In this document: piece after piece, positions 21,826 through 33,000 of the stretch
Layout of the letters: each line of letters opens with the position of its first letter
Numbering within the stretch: position 1 is the stretch's first letter
From: Macrostomum lignano
Lineage: Eukaryota
Length of the DNA stretch: 41,641 bases
Assembly: GCA_002269645.1 (NCBI GenBank)
Contig: NIVC01001692.1
Span: 1-41,641 of the forward strand
Direction of reading: 5' to 3'
The notes under the pieces: model-generated
Databases searched by the model: none
The model's input: only the letters and a program-made list of their open reading frames with translations
What the model was told of the DNA's origin: nothing
Program-made: the position numbers and the translations under genes

Positions 21826-22824
21826 TTATTGCAGCCGATTCAAACCACGCCGTTTGTTCCTGCGCCTCCGTGGCACATCTGTCCAGCTGCCACCAGCTGC
21901 TTCATCAGCAGAAGTTTCCTGGACATCAGCTGAAGCTACCGGATTATGCTTCGGTGAACTCAAAGGAATCGGCACCTGTGTGTTGAGCACCATCTGACCG
22001 ACATGGGTCACATTCACGGAGCAGGTTTGGCGCCCGTTTCCATTGCCATACTTTCTCTGCAGAGCGTTTTGATTATTTTCAAGCTCAGAGCACTCTCTAC
22101 GCAAAGCAGCCAGTTTGTCTTTCAGTACTTTGTTTTTATCTTTTAATCGGTCCACTTCCATGCGCAATTCGGAGTTTTTGGTTTCGAAATCCCTGGCCGT
22201 CAGGCTCATATTGTCCAGCTTTTCTTCAAATAGACTTCTGTCTTTCTCGTGCAAAGCGATTTGAGTCCTGAATTCTTGATTCTTCTTTTCCAATGTCTCG
22301 AACTCTTCCCGCAGTGAGACATCGTTGGCACTGGCGTTGCATTGTCCGTTGATTGGTGGAGTAACGGAGAATTCTACGGCTGAATTGGTCTTTTCTAATG
22401 CGTTATTTTTCGCTTTAAGTTGAGAGTTCTTAAGCTCGAGCTTTGACAGCCTCTTGTTCAAAAATTCGTAGCTGGAATCCGACGCTTGCTTTACCAACTC
22501 AAGCGAGCTATTCTCACTTTGAAGCCTATACTTCTCATTTGTTAACGCGTTGTTCTCAGCAGTCAATTTGTCATTTTTCTCCCCAACTAAATCAGACCGT
22601 TTCTCCAATACTTCATTTCGCTGTTCCAATTTTTCGTTTTTCTTCTCAATATCTGAGCACTCTGTCCGGAGTGCATCGATTCGGAAGCGCAATACGTAAA
22701 CCTCGCGAGCCAAGACGCAGATAATGCAACAGTATAGCGCATGGACGGCATAGTGAACTTCTAATAGACTGTCAAAAGGCCACATATATGATGCACAGGA
22801 CGGCGGTTTAGTTAATACATGCAT
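21826..22824 (-). CDS. Orphan protein with N-terminal hydrophobic segment, long coiled coil and basic C-terminus (start at 22824 or 22785)
   Basis: About 1-kb open frame. Heptad-rich K/E/N/L region (IEKKNEKLEQRNEVLEK..), hydrophobic YAVHALYCCIICVLA, and C-terminal RRRRNKRR. Confidence 0.65.
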   Translation of the reverse strand: MHVLTKPPSCASYMWPFDSLLEVHYAVHALYCCIICVLAREVYVLRFRIDALRTECSDIEKKNEKLEQRNEVLEKRSDLVGEKNDKLTAENNALTNEKYRLQSENSSLELVKQASDSSYEFLNKRLSKLELKNSQLKAKNNALEKTNSAVEFSVTPPINGQCNASANDVSLREEFETLEKKNQEFRTQIALHEKDRSLFEEKLDNMSLTARDFETKNSELRMEVDRLKDKNKVLKDKLAALRRECSELENNQNALQRKYGNGNGRQTCSVNVTHVGQMVLNTQVPIPLSSPKHNPVASADVQETSADEAAGGSWTDVPRRRRNKRRGLNRLQ

Positions 22825-22939
22825 AAAATAGAAATTGAACACATTAAGACAATATAATAGTTTATTGCACCTTATAAAGCTTATAGTTTCTGACAACTTC
22901 TAATCCAGTGTTAGGAGTAAAAGGGGTCTTGAAAGGGGC

Positions 22940-23483
22940 TAATGGGGGGCATTGCTAAGATGTCAAGGTTCACGGGGAATCGCTAAGATATAAGGCTGAG
23001 GCCAGAAGCTAGATGTAGTTTATTTAAAATATTATACTACATTTTTTGTTTGCTCCCCAACGGGGGCGTAGATGTAATACATAAATGCGTCATGTAAAAC
23101 ATAAAAGAAGCGTAACGTCAGACATAAAAGAAGCGTCACGTCAGACTAAAATAAGCGTCATGCAATACACGAAAGAAGCGTCATGTAGACATAGAAGAAG
23201 CATCATAGAAGACATAGAAGGCTTGCTGGGGAAATCGCTAAGATGTCAAGGCTTGGGGAATTTATGATATAGCAAGGCTTGGGGTGGGATTGCTGAGACG
23301 TCAAGTCTCAGAGGAGGGAGGGGAATCGCTGAGATGTCAAGGCTTACGGGGGAAATTTTCGAGATGGCAATGCTTGGGGCGAATTGCTAAGATATAAAGG
23401 CGGAGATCGGAAACTAAATGTAGTTTATTTAAAAAAAATATTACATTCCTTGTTTGCTCCCCAAGGAGGGCGTATATTGCTAG
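22940..23483 (+). repeat. Composite repeat (two ~110-bp direct repeats flanking short tandem repeats), possibly a non-autonomous Helitron relic
   Basis: Direct repeats at ~22980-23070 and ~23385-23475. Internal ~22-bp tandem units (agacataaaagaagcgtcacgtc) and ctaagatgtcaaggctt units. A short GC hairpin is followed by CTAG|T at 23480-23484. Confidence 0.4.
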
Positions 23484-25038
23484 TAACAATCCAAAAATGC
23501 TAGAGCGATTTCAGAATTAAAAGACCAAAACAAGTGTTCTTAAAAGTGTATAATTAAAAGTCACGTTAAAATACGCTCGTAATTGACCAAAAGTGATCTA
23601 TTATTTATTTGGTAATAATAAAAACAATATCTAACAATAGCAATTAGTAATGTTAAACAGCACCAAAGCCAAATGGCTTGTATTAAATTCGCAAACAAGG
23701 TGAAGCCTCAGTGCAAGCTTCAGATTTGGCACGGCCAGACTGAGCCTGACAGTCTGCAGCTGGTGGCCATGCAGACGCATCATCTACGAGTTCAAGGTGC
23801 GCCCGATCACCGGGATGAGAGTGCCCAGCTTCGCCCTTCAGAAACAGGAGGCTGCTGCCTTAAAAAAATCAAGACAGCTGTGTTGGTGGTTCTTCTTGTA
23901 CCCCGTGCACATATTATGCTCAATTCGGTAATTTAGCTGCTACGTCAACTATTGCTCCGTGTACATACTCGTAAATACACACACTTACACATGGAGTACA
24001 TAGATTCATAATACCAATGAGTCGAGCTGTGCCATTTTTATTATTTTTAGGCACAGGATATAAAATAAAGATACACTCGTATAATCCCAATTTTCTAAAC
24101 AAAAGGCTATTAAAATCAATAGAGCTACAAAAAAGGCATTATACATGAATATATCAAAAGATGAACATTTGGTCTGCCTCCTATCAAAAGCAATAACAAG
24201 TCCCATACACTAAAAATGGTCTGTCGGTAGGTAGGTAAAACCTAAATTTGTAGTTTCCCATCCTTATACTGAATCTCAGTGGGAAACTAAGTCTAGGAGG
24301 CAGGCCCAATCTAGCTCAGCCAATGAGAGAGCAGTAAGGACAGAGGTCAAAGTCAGACACAAGCGGGCAAGATGAAGAAAGCTCAACTGTTTATCGCCTG
24401 TTTATCTCTCTTGCTCGCTATATATACAAAGTTTAAATATCGAGTTGAATTTCATCGTTTTTTTGTTTTACTTGTAATAAAGGCAAAAGGCATTTTCTGC
24501 GAGTGACATTCAGTTATTCTAGTATCTGTGGTTATAAGCCGATATAATTTAGACAAGCGCAGCACAGCTCACCTAGCCAAGGTCGCAAAGACATCTTGTA
24601 AAACGCAGCAATTGCCATCTTAGCACTGGGCTTAACCCAGTCTGATCTGAACGCGTCATAACCAACTCGGACATCAGCTGTCCATTCCACAGGGCAACTC
24701 AGAGGGCCCATAATGCTCATCATCTCGAGTCCACTGCGATAGCCAACTACAGAAGTCCAGGCATTAGGCAGATAGATTCAGTAGCATAACAGGGACCAGG
24801 CTGACAGCTAGTGCTACTAATAGTAGTAGCTCAATTGGTATTTCTATGTCAGATTAGAAGGCTCGGAGCAAAGTTGCATGAATATATTAATTAAGATAAG
24901 ACACAAACTAAAATAACGTTTTCAATATAGTATAGAATCTGAAGAACTCAAAACACTTATTTGTAAACTGTAACTACCATAGAGAAGAGTTGTCATGACT
25001 ACCGATTTCATTAGCAGCATTTTTTGCTTTCGAGAGTC

Positions 25039-25316
25039 TTCGAGATGAAGACCTACAGTGGGATGCTGGACATTTCCTGAAAGGAACGACTAACGACTAA
25101 CGACAGGATTAAAAATGGAAATTAAAAGAATATGCGGAGAAGGAAATTCTCCGCTTCTTCTGGCATGTTGCGAGAAGTGATGGAGTGCTGGAGGCTGTGG
25201 TCGAAGGTGGTGTTGAAGGACGAAGGGGCAGACACAGGGCACAAGGTGAATGGACAGGCAATCTGAAGGAAGTTGAGAGTCACGGTCGAGAAATGGGCTA
25301 TGGATCTGATAATTAA
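25039..25316 (+). mobile_element. RTE-clade LINE 3' coding fragment
   Basis: Hand translation gives FEMKTYSGMLDIS*KER..TND and KEILRFFWHVARSDGVLEAVVEGGVEGRRGRHRAQGEWTGNLKE, matching the RTE C-terminal consensus (FEMW.YRR.L.ISW; LR.FGHV.R..EG...G.R.RGRP..W). Confidence 0.65.
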
Positions 25317-25723
25317 TGATAAACTACGATTGTGTTGTGTTTTTAACTCTGTACGCTCGTAATAACTAGCTAATTGGATTTCAAGATTTGACAGCAAAAA
25401 CTTTGATTGCACTACGAAACACTCGAATAGGGTAGGTCAACAGACATTTTTGGTTCTCTCCAACCCTAGAAAAGCTAATCAAAGTCGAATCCAACCTTCG
25501 TTATGGTAACAGATATCCTAGAAATTTTTTCTACAATATGAACTTCGACAATAAAAATTCTATGAAAAGTTTCACCACTAGGTAGCAACAAAGAGACGAT
25601 ATGAATTATATAGTTACAAAAGTCCACTACATTTCCGTTTCATTTATTGTTTTTGTAATCAAAACCAATAATTAGCAAATGCCTTGTCCATTATAAATGC
25701 AAATTTTATAAAACTAGATAATC

Positions 25724-28700
25724 TTAATACTCGTAAAGCTGTTGTCGCAGGTGCTCCATAAGCGCCCACTCCCGTTCGCAGCTCTGCCGATGCCAGTCAA
25801 CAAGTTGCCTGAGCTGCTCCAGCTCGGCATCAGCGGCCAGCAACTCGTGCAGCAGCTGACGATCGCTAGGGGACAGCGGATCGCTAGAGACTGCTGCTGC
25901 TGCTGTTGTTGTTGCTGGGGCGGATGCAGGCCCAGCAGGGGCGGATGCAGGCACAGCAGGGGCGGATGCAGGTTCAGTAGGGGCGGAAGTAGGCTCAGTA
26001 GGGGCGGCAGTATGACCACTAGACCGGCACGCAAGGCATTGAATTTGCTTATTGAGTGCCAGCAGCCGATCAGCGGGCAGGCAGTCAGCTGCAGTTGAAT
26101 CTGGCAATAGCAACAGCTCCAGCGGCAACTTCTGGGTTCTATTATTAGCAGCTGCCGTCTTGTCGATGATGCGCCGGGCTTCTAGCATATCAGCCGGCAT
26201 CTTAGCCGCAGAATCCCGACGGCCCGACGCACCATCAAGCCAGTCACTCAGCAGGCCGGCTAGCGCGCTGGATTCTTCAGCAATCCAACTAAAGTCGGCG
26301 CTCGCTATGGGCGCAGGTGCTGCTGGCTGCGGCGCTGGCGGTGCCACCTGCGGCTGTGGCGCCGGCGGTGCAACCTGCGGCTGCGGAGCCGTCTCGCTCG
26401 AGCTTCCAGCGCCGCCGTGCAGCAAAGCTCGCAGTCGAAGCACTTCGGCATCCTCAGCCGACGAAGCTGCTGCAGCCCCAGCCGACGCCTCGAAGGCGGC
26501 CCAGTCGTCCGCATCGTCAGCCTGCGGCAATTCTTCGGCCTCCTGTCGGTGCTGACGACCGCGCTTAAATTTCTGCTTTCCTTTGCCACTTCTGCCGCCC
26601 GACTGCTTCTGCGGCCTGGGCGGTCTGATTGGCGAGTCGGATTCGAACATCGACCGATCGGTCGGAGCGGCGGATTTCACTGACACAACGTCGTCGCTGT
26701 TGTCGTCAGAGTCGGCGACCACCTCAATGAAGCTGGCAGCGGCCGCGGCCGAGTCGCCAACAGGCGGGGCGTTGGCCAAATCCGACGGCGGCGGCTCCGG
26801 CAGCGGCGACATGCGGAGGCCGGCGAGGCGCTCGAACTCGTGCAGCTGCCGGAGCTCGGGACCGTCGCCGACTAGGCTGACGGCGGCCGCGTAGCTGCCG
26901 AAGCGGCCAGCCCGGCCGATCCGGTGCAACAGAGTGCGGTGGTCCCTGGCGGCCAAATGGGTTAAGCTAGTATCAGAAGTATCTTCAGTACATGTAGCTT
27001 TAGTTGTTGGAGCGAGTGTTCAACACTTTCAGTTAAGTACACCTTAGACTTTCACTATGTCGGTGCTTTACGGATTCCCTATTGCAGAATCCCAATAGAT
27101 TCCCAGATGGAGAATCACCCTAGATTCCCAGATGGAGAATCACCCTAAGATTCCCAGATGGAGAATCACCCTAGATTCCCAGATGGAGAATCACCCTAAG
27201 ATTCCCAGATGGAGAATCACCCTAAGCTTCCCAGATGGAGAATCACCCTTGGATTCCCAGATGGAGAATCCCTCCTAGGAAGAATCCTCCTAGATTTTCA
27301 GATAGATAATCTCCCTAGTTTTTCTGATGAATAATCTCACTAGATTCCCAGATGGAGAATCCCCCCTAGATTCCCAGATGGAGAAACCCCCTAGATTCCC
27401 AGATGGAGAAACCCCCTAGATTCCCAGATGGAGAAACCCCCTAAGATTCCCAGATGGAGAAACCCCCTAGATTCCCAGAGGGAGAAACCCCCTAGATTCC
27501 CAGAGGGAGAATCCCCCTAGATTCCCAGATGGAGAATCCCCCAAGATTCCCAGATGGAGAATCCCCCCTAGATTCGCAGATGGAGAATCGCCTAGATTTC
27601 CAGATGAAGAATTCCCCCTAGATTAACAGATGGAGAATCCTCTTTAAATAGATTCTAAAATGGAGAACTCTCCAGATTTTATTACAGTTTCAAAACAGTT
27701 TTGAAAAGATCATTTTTGGGGTTTGAATTTAAGCGACTTAATTACGACGTAAGTAGTATGAATATGGATCTTTGCCTTAAACTATTGTACAATAGAAAAG
27801 TGAGTCAGATATTACACAAGCACTTGTATTTTACCTTGGCAGATCCAAATTAACCACCAGATCGACATTCTCCGCATCGACGCCTCTGGCGGCCACGTCG
27901 GTGGCAACCAGAACTCGGCAGCGGAAGTCGCGCAGCCGATCGTAGGCCCCGATTCGCTCGGACTGCTGCAGCCGGCCAGCCAGATAGGCCACCGGCCAGC
28001 CGGCTGCCTCAAGCCGCTGGCACAGCTCCCTAGCCCGCTCCTGATAGTTGGAGAACACCAGGCACTGGCCGAACTGCACCTGGGCTAATAAGTCGCCAAG
28101 TATTCGAGCTTTCCGTTCGAGCACAAGATTAGGCAGGTGGCTGTCCGGCACGGAGCGCCAGTAGAGTCGAACGCCAAGCAGTTGGCCGCCGCTTAGACGG
28201 ACCAGCGTTGGATCGCGCATGTACATCGACAGCTGCTGGGCCATGGAGTCCGGGTAGGTGGCCGACAGGGCCAGCACCTGCTTGTTCTGCGGCAGCTTCC
28301 AGTAGATGCAGCTGAGGACAGGGGAGTGGGGGTTGGCAAAAAATGGAGTGGGAAGAGGATGGGAATGCAGTCTTCGAAAAGTGGGATGGATTCTCCATTT
28401 GGGAATCTGGGAGATTCTTCATTTGAGAATCTGGGAATCTGGGAGATCCTTCATTTGAGAATCTGGGAATCTGGGAGATCCTTCATTTGAGAATCTGGGA
28501 ATCTGGGAGATTCTTCATTTGAGAATCTGGGAATCTGGGAGATTCTTCATTTGAGAATCTGGGAATCTGGGAGATCCTTCATTTGAGAATCTGGGAATCT
28601 GGGAGATTCTTCATTTGAGAATCTGGGAATCTGGGAGATTCTTCATTTGAGAATCTGGGAATCTGGGAGATTCTTCATTTGAGAATCTGGGAATCTGGGA

Positions 28701-30003
28701 GATTCTTCATTTGAGAATCTGGGAATCTGGGAGATCCTTCATTTGAGAATCTGGGAATCTGGGAGATCCTTCATTTGAGAATCTGGGAATCTGGGAGATT
28801 CTTCATTTGAGAATCTGGGAATCTGGGAGATCCTTCATTTGAGAATCTGGGAATCTGGGAGTCTTCTTGTTTTGGAAATCTGGCGCCATTTTCCATCTGG
28901 GAATCTGGGGATTTCTTCTGGGAATGTGGAGGATTTCTTCATTTGGAAATCTGGGAGATTCTTCATCAGGGAATCTGGGGGGTCTTCATCTGGGCATCTG
29001 GGGTTTTCTTGACCTGGGAATCTGAAACGATTCATCTGTAGAATCTGGGGGATTTCTTCATCTGGGAAGCTGGGATGATTCTTCATCTAAGAATGTAGGG
29101 GATTTCTTCATCTAGGAATCTGGGGAGATTCTTCATCTGGAAATCTGAGGGATTTTTTTACCTGGGAATCTGGGGGATTCCTCATCTGGGAATCTGGGGG
29201 ATTTCTTCGTCTGGGAATATGGGGGATTCTTCGATCTTCATCTTATCTGAAAGGGAATTCTCCATCTTTGAATCGTTTTGGAGGCATTCTACCTCCCCAA
29301 AAAGGAGGGGAGGCGGATTCTCATAAGTATGCTACATCAAAACCCATGAATCAAGCTACCCTATCAAGAAATGCTAGCCTACTAACAAGTAGCAAATAAG
29401 CAACTCTCACTTAATATCCTGCTGAAAAGACTCATTAAGCAGTGCATCCGCCTCGTCGAGCACCAGCATGCGGACTCTGTCAGTCTTCAGACAGCCGGCT
29501 TCAATGAGCTGCCGTACGCGGCCGGGCGTGCCCACGGCAACCTGACAGGCCGCCGCCTCAGCCTCAGCCTCCTTGACCCCGGCGCCGAGGCCGCCGATGA
29601 ACAGGCCGCAGCGCAGTCCAGCCAGACGCTGCCCGATGGTCTCGATAGCCCGCCGGCTCTGCAGAGCCACTTCGCGAGTGGGCGACAGAGCCAGAACTCG
29701 CACGCCAGCGACAACTTCGCCTTGGCGGTGGTTATTAGCAAAATCTGGCGCCAGAGATTCCAGAGCCAACACGGCGAACACGCAGGTCTTGCCGGTGCCC
29801 GCCTTGGACTGCACTACCAGGTCCAGGCCGCACCGGCCCAACGGGATCGCCTTCAGCTGGATTGGCGACGGTGTCCGGTAGCCAGCCTCGGACAGACCGA
29901 TTAGCACAGGCTCGGACAGTAGCAAATCGGCAAAGTTGGCCGCGTCGCCCTGGGCAACATCTTGAGTGCGCAGCTTTGCGTCAAGCTGGTGCGCTTTGGC
30001 CAT
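25724..30003 (-). CDS. DDX20: DEAD-box RNA helicase DDX20 (Gemin3), exons 30003-29411, 28311-27835, 26945-25724, about 763 aa
   Basis: Q motif (PSPIQLKAIPLG), AKAGTGKT-type motif I (QSKAGTGKT), PTREVA, TPGR, DEAD, SAT, HRIGRAGRFG. DDX20-like LDLVVQSK and IYWKLPQNKQVLALSATYP segments, plus a long low-complexity C-terminus. GT-AG junctions are in consistent phase 2. Confidence 0.88.
27096..27677 (+). repeat. Intronic minisatellite, ~25-bp unit (tagattcccagatggagaatcaccc), DDX20 intron 2
   Basis: Directly visible tandem units with drift (cacc>cccc). Confidence 0.95.
28390..29273 (-). repeat. Intronic minisatellite, 32-bp units grading into ~24-25-bp units, DDX20 intron 1; same family as the intron-2 array but inverted
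   Basis: Unit gggagat(c/t)cttcatttgagaatctgggaatct has period 32. Its reverse complement shares agattcccagat and tg(a/g)agaatc(t/c)ccc with the intron-2 unit. Confidence 0.92.
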
Positions 30004-33000
30004 TTGGATATTATTATTACTGTTATTATTATTTAGTTGAGCAAGCTCTGAATAGCGCTATTGAACTGCTGTAAAGTGCGCGGGGTTTTACTTGTAAAAA
30101 TGTTCTCAATGAACTTTTATTTGTTGTTGTTGTATATACGCACATGTATTGAGCTTCTAAATGTGTCTTAATTCCACAAGAAGACCTTAACCTGTACTCA
30201 GTACTAGGTACTTGGGATACTTGGTGCTTGTTTATAATCGAGTTTTGACGAGTATTAGATGAGTAATTATAATCAATTTGCAACAAGTTTTGATGTCAAA
30301 AGAATTGAAACTTCCAAAAGTAAATTTCACAGTTTTTCTTCCTTAGAAAAGGCAGGAAATCTACTTTCAAAAGAAGTGAATTTTCCTGTGAAGTTGAAAA
30401 TTTTAAAAATAGCTATACAGCTCAGTAAACTTTTTGATTTTGTTTATTATATTGTATTTGTGCAATAAATGTTGTATAAAAGACTTGAAAAGTACTTGTT
30501 ACTCAATACAAGCTACTCATCCCCTTTTTAGATGCTCAGTACTTGGAAGTGACTGAACCAACACTCAGCTAGCCCTGTTGTACAAGAAGACATTGCGGAT
30601 GGACTGCATTTATCCTAAGTTTTCTAAGGATTCCTAACTTTACCCTACCACCCTAACCATACCATGTGCATATGGCATAGAAAATTTCTGCTTCTGGAGT
30701 CTCTGACCCTAGGGACTTGAGAGTTCCTTGCATTGGAAGTGAAAATATTCATCTTAATTTTAGTGTTCAGCCCCAATTATTTCAAACACATAGCATATAC
30801 ATAGTAGCAAAAATATTTTTGCACAAGTCCTTAACCTCAAAGGACTTTCTAAGAATATTAAAACAAAATAAGCTTATGCTTATTTTTAATTATCTAGAAT
30901 ATTATAATCTAGAATGTCTAGAATGTATCTACAAAAATAGAGTATATAATTGGAAAGTTTGCAAAATTTTTAAATTTTCAATACTGGCATTAGAGCTGAA
31001 GCATACTGTTTATATAAATAGTTTATTGATATTTAAACTGTTTTAGTATACATGTACTTGTTGTGGCTCCCATTTGAAGGGGGACATGAAGTGCATTATA
31101 AATGCACTTGATACTTGTAGCTCATACAGTTTTAAAAAATTTAAAAGGCTACTAAAAATAGGCAAAAAATTGTTCATAACTATTAGGGACAATTGTATAA
31201 GTTATTGAAAATTATTATACTGAATTAATTTAATTTAAAAGTGATATATTAGTTAGAATTATGCTAGTTCATTAGCCTTTTTTACTTTGAAGTTGACAAT
31301 AAAACTAAATTATTGAGCCTATATAAATAGAATATAAAAAACTTATGCTATAGATAACATACTAAGGGGGCTAATGTCATCAATCTATATAACTATTTTG
31401 GGCAATAAGCTATTTTGGATATGACACTATTTTAGTTTCAAACTAGTATGGCCATGAATAGCTTAACATAGTTAGAATCTTTATTTATGGGATCATAAGC
31501 CAGAACTTCAATATCCAAAATCAATATTATTAATATGATTAGGCACTATAGATCATTTTTGCTAAGGGAGATAAAAGTCTTAGTTCCTAGTCATTGAACA
31601 AGATATTTTAACATTAATTTAAAAGCATAAATAAGATTTAAGCACAATTGCAGTGTATAGGCAAGGCAGTTTTGATGTATCTAGCATATAGCAGCCTAGT
31701 AACAATGCAATATAGTATAGTATATCTAGTAGTATGGAATGGTATAGTGCAATATGGCAATAAAACAGCATAGTATGATGGGGAAAAGCATAGTAAAGAA
31801 AAGAAAGATAGAGCAAGGCAAGTTTGAAGGCAACTAAAAGTATAATTTTGCATCTTAGTCAGCTAGCTAAAATATTTTAGAGTATATATACACTAGTTGA
31901 TATTTATAAATTTCTTTTTCACTTAGTTTTTACTTTTTAGTCTAGAATAATAAATTTTTGAAGTAGCACTAATAATATTCTACTTTTTTATTAGGAAGTT
32001 GAATTCATGCATGATGCCAAAATTAAGCTTCTTTATTATACTTTATGAATAAATAGCCGATTTTTTTGTTTTAATGAGTGAAAGAAAATCTGCTGTATAT
32101 AGGACCATAGGTGTATATAGTAAATAAATTACTTATTTAGGAAGTTAAGCAAAGAATCCCAGGGCCCTGGGGATAAAATGTTTTAACTGAAATACTGAAT
32201 GTCACTATATCCGTTGAATAGTAATATTTTGTATGTTATGAAGTTTCTTCCTCGATTTTGTTTTGCTTGCCACTGTTGTCTGCGACTGCTTGGTGCTGGG
32301 CCACAGCCAGTAGCCACTGAACTCCGTATGTATAATAAGAGTGGAACGTGGAAGCCTTTCTCAATACATGAATAGTCAGTACGGCTGCACAGCAGTACAG
32401 TAAGAAAGGTGGCAGTCTTAGCGTGTGGTGCAGAGTCGCAGTTTACAATCTAGGTTTGTGACTACATGTATTATGTCACGCACGCGTGACCATGACTCCA
32501 TGAGGTGGGATCATTTCGATGAAAGCTTCGTTTTAAAAAAACTTACTTTTTAATGCTGAACCTTTAAAATTTCAATACGCCTTATTAATCGCAAGTGAAT
32601 ACATGATAAATCCACTTTGTTTCTGAAATAATAAATAATTTTTCTAAACTCCGAAACAGAAAAGTGTTTACTTTGTTTTAAAGATAAAGCTTTTAAACTG
32701 TAAGTCCAAAGTGTGCGCTTGAAGCGTGCACGGTCGGTGGCGCAACTACTGCGGTCCTATCTGTCTTGGTTACGGCTGCTTCGTTAATAATACTGAGGTT
32801 CAAAATTCGACCAAGCATGTATGGGTTTACACATTAGCTGGACCAATTTGTTAATTAATCGAGCAGTCAGATGCCATTCCCCTTTTTCGTTGCCTACGTT
32901 AGCTGATTGTTGGGTTTATATGTATAATTACAAAATTTCAGAAAATTACAACTTATTAATTTATGTTCATTTCACAAGCTCAAAATTTCACATCGCCGAA

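Noticed and set aside
24300-24430. Promoter (two CCAAT boxes plus TATATA)
   Set aside because: No downstream gene could be linked, and these motifs are common by chance.
25714-26894. Many overlapping alternative-frame and antisense ORFs in GC-rich exons (also 12209-13513, 29487-30074, 2635-3216)
   Set aside because: Shadow ORFs of real GC-rich coding sequence, with no independent motifs.
28129-29086. ORFs such as MKNLPDSQ.. and MKNHPSFP..
   Set aside because: They are read from intronic minisatellites inside DDX20.
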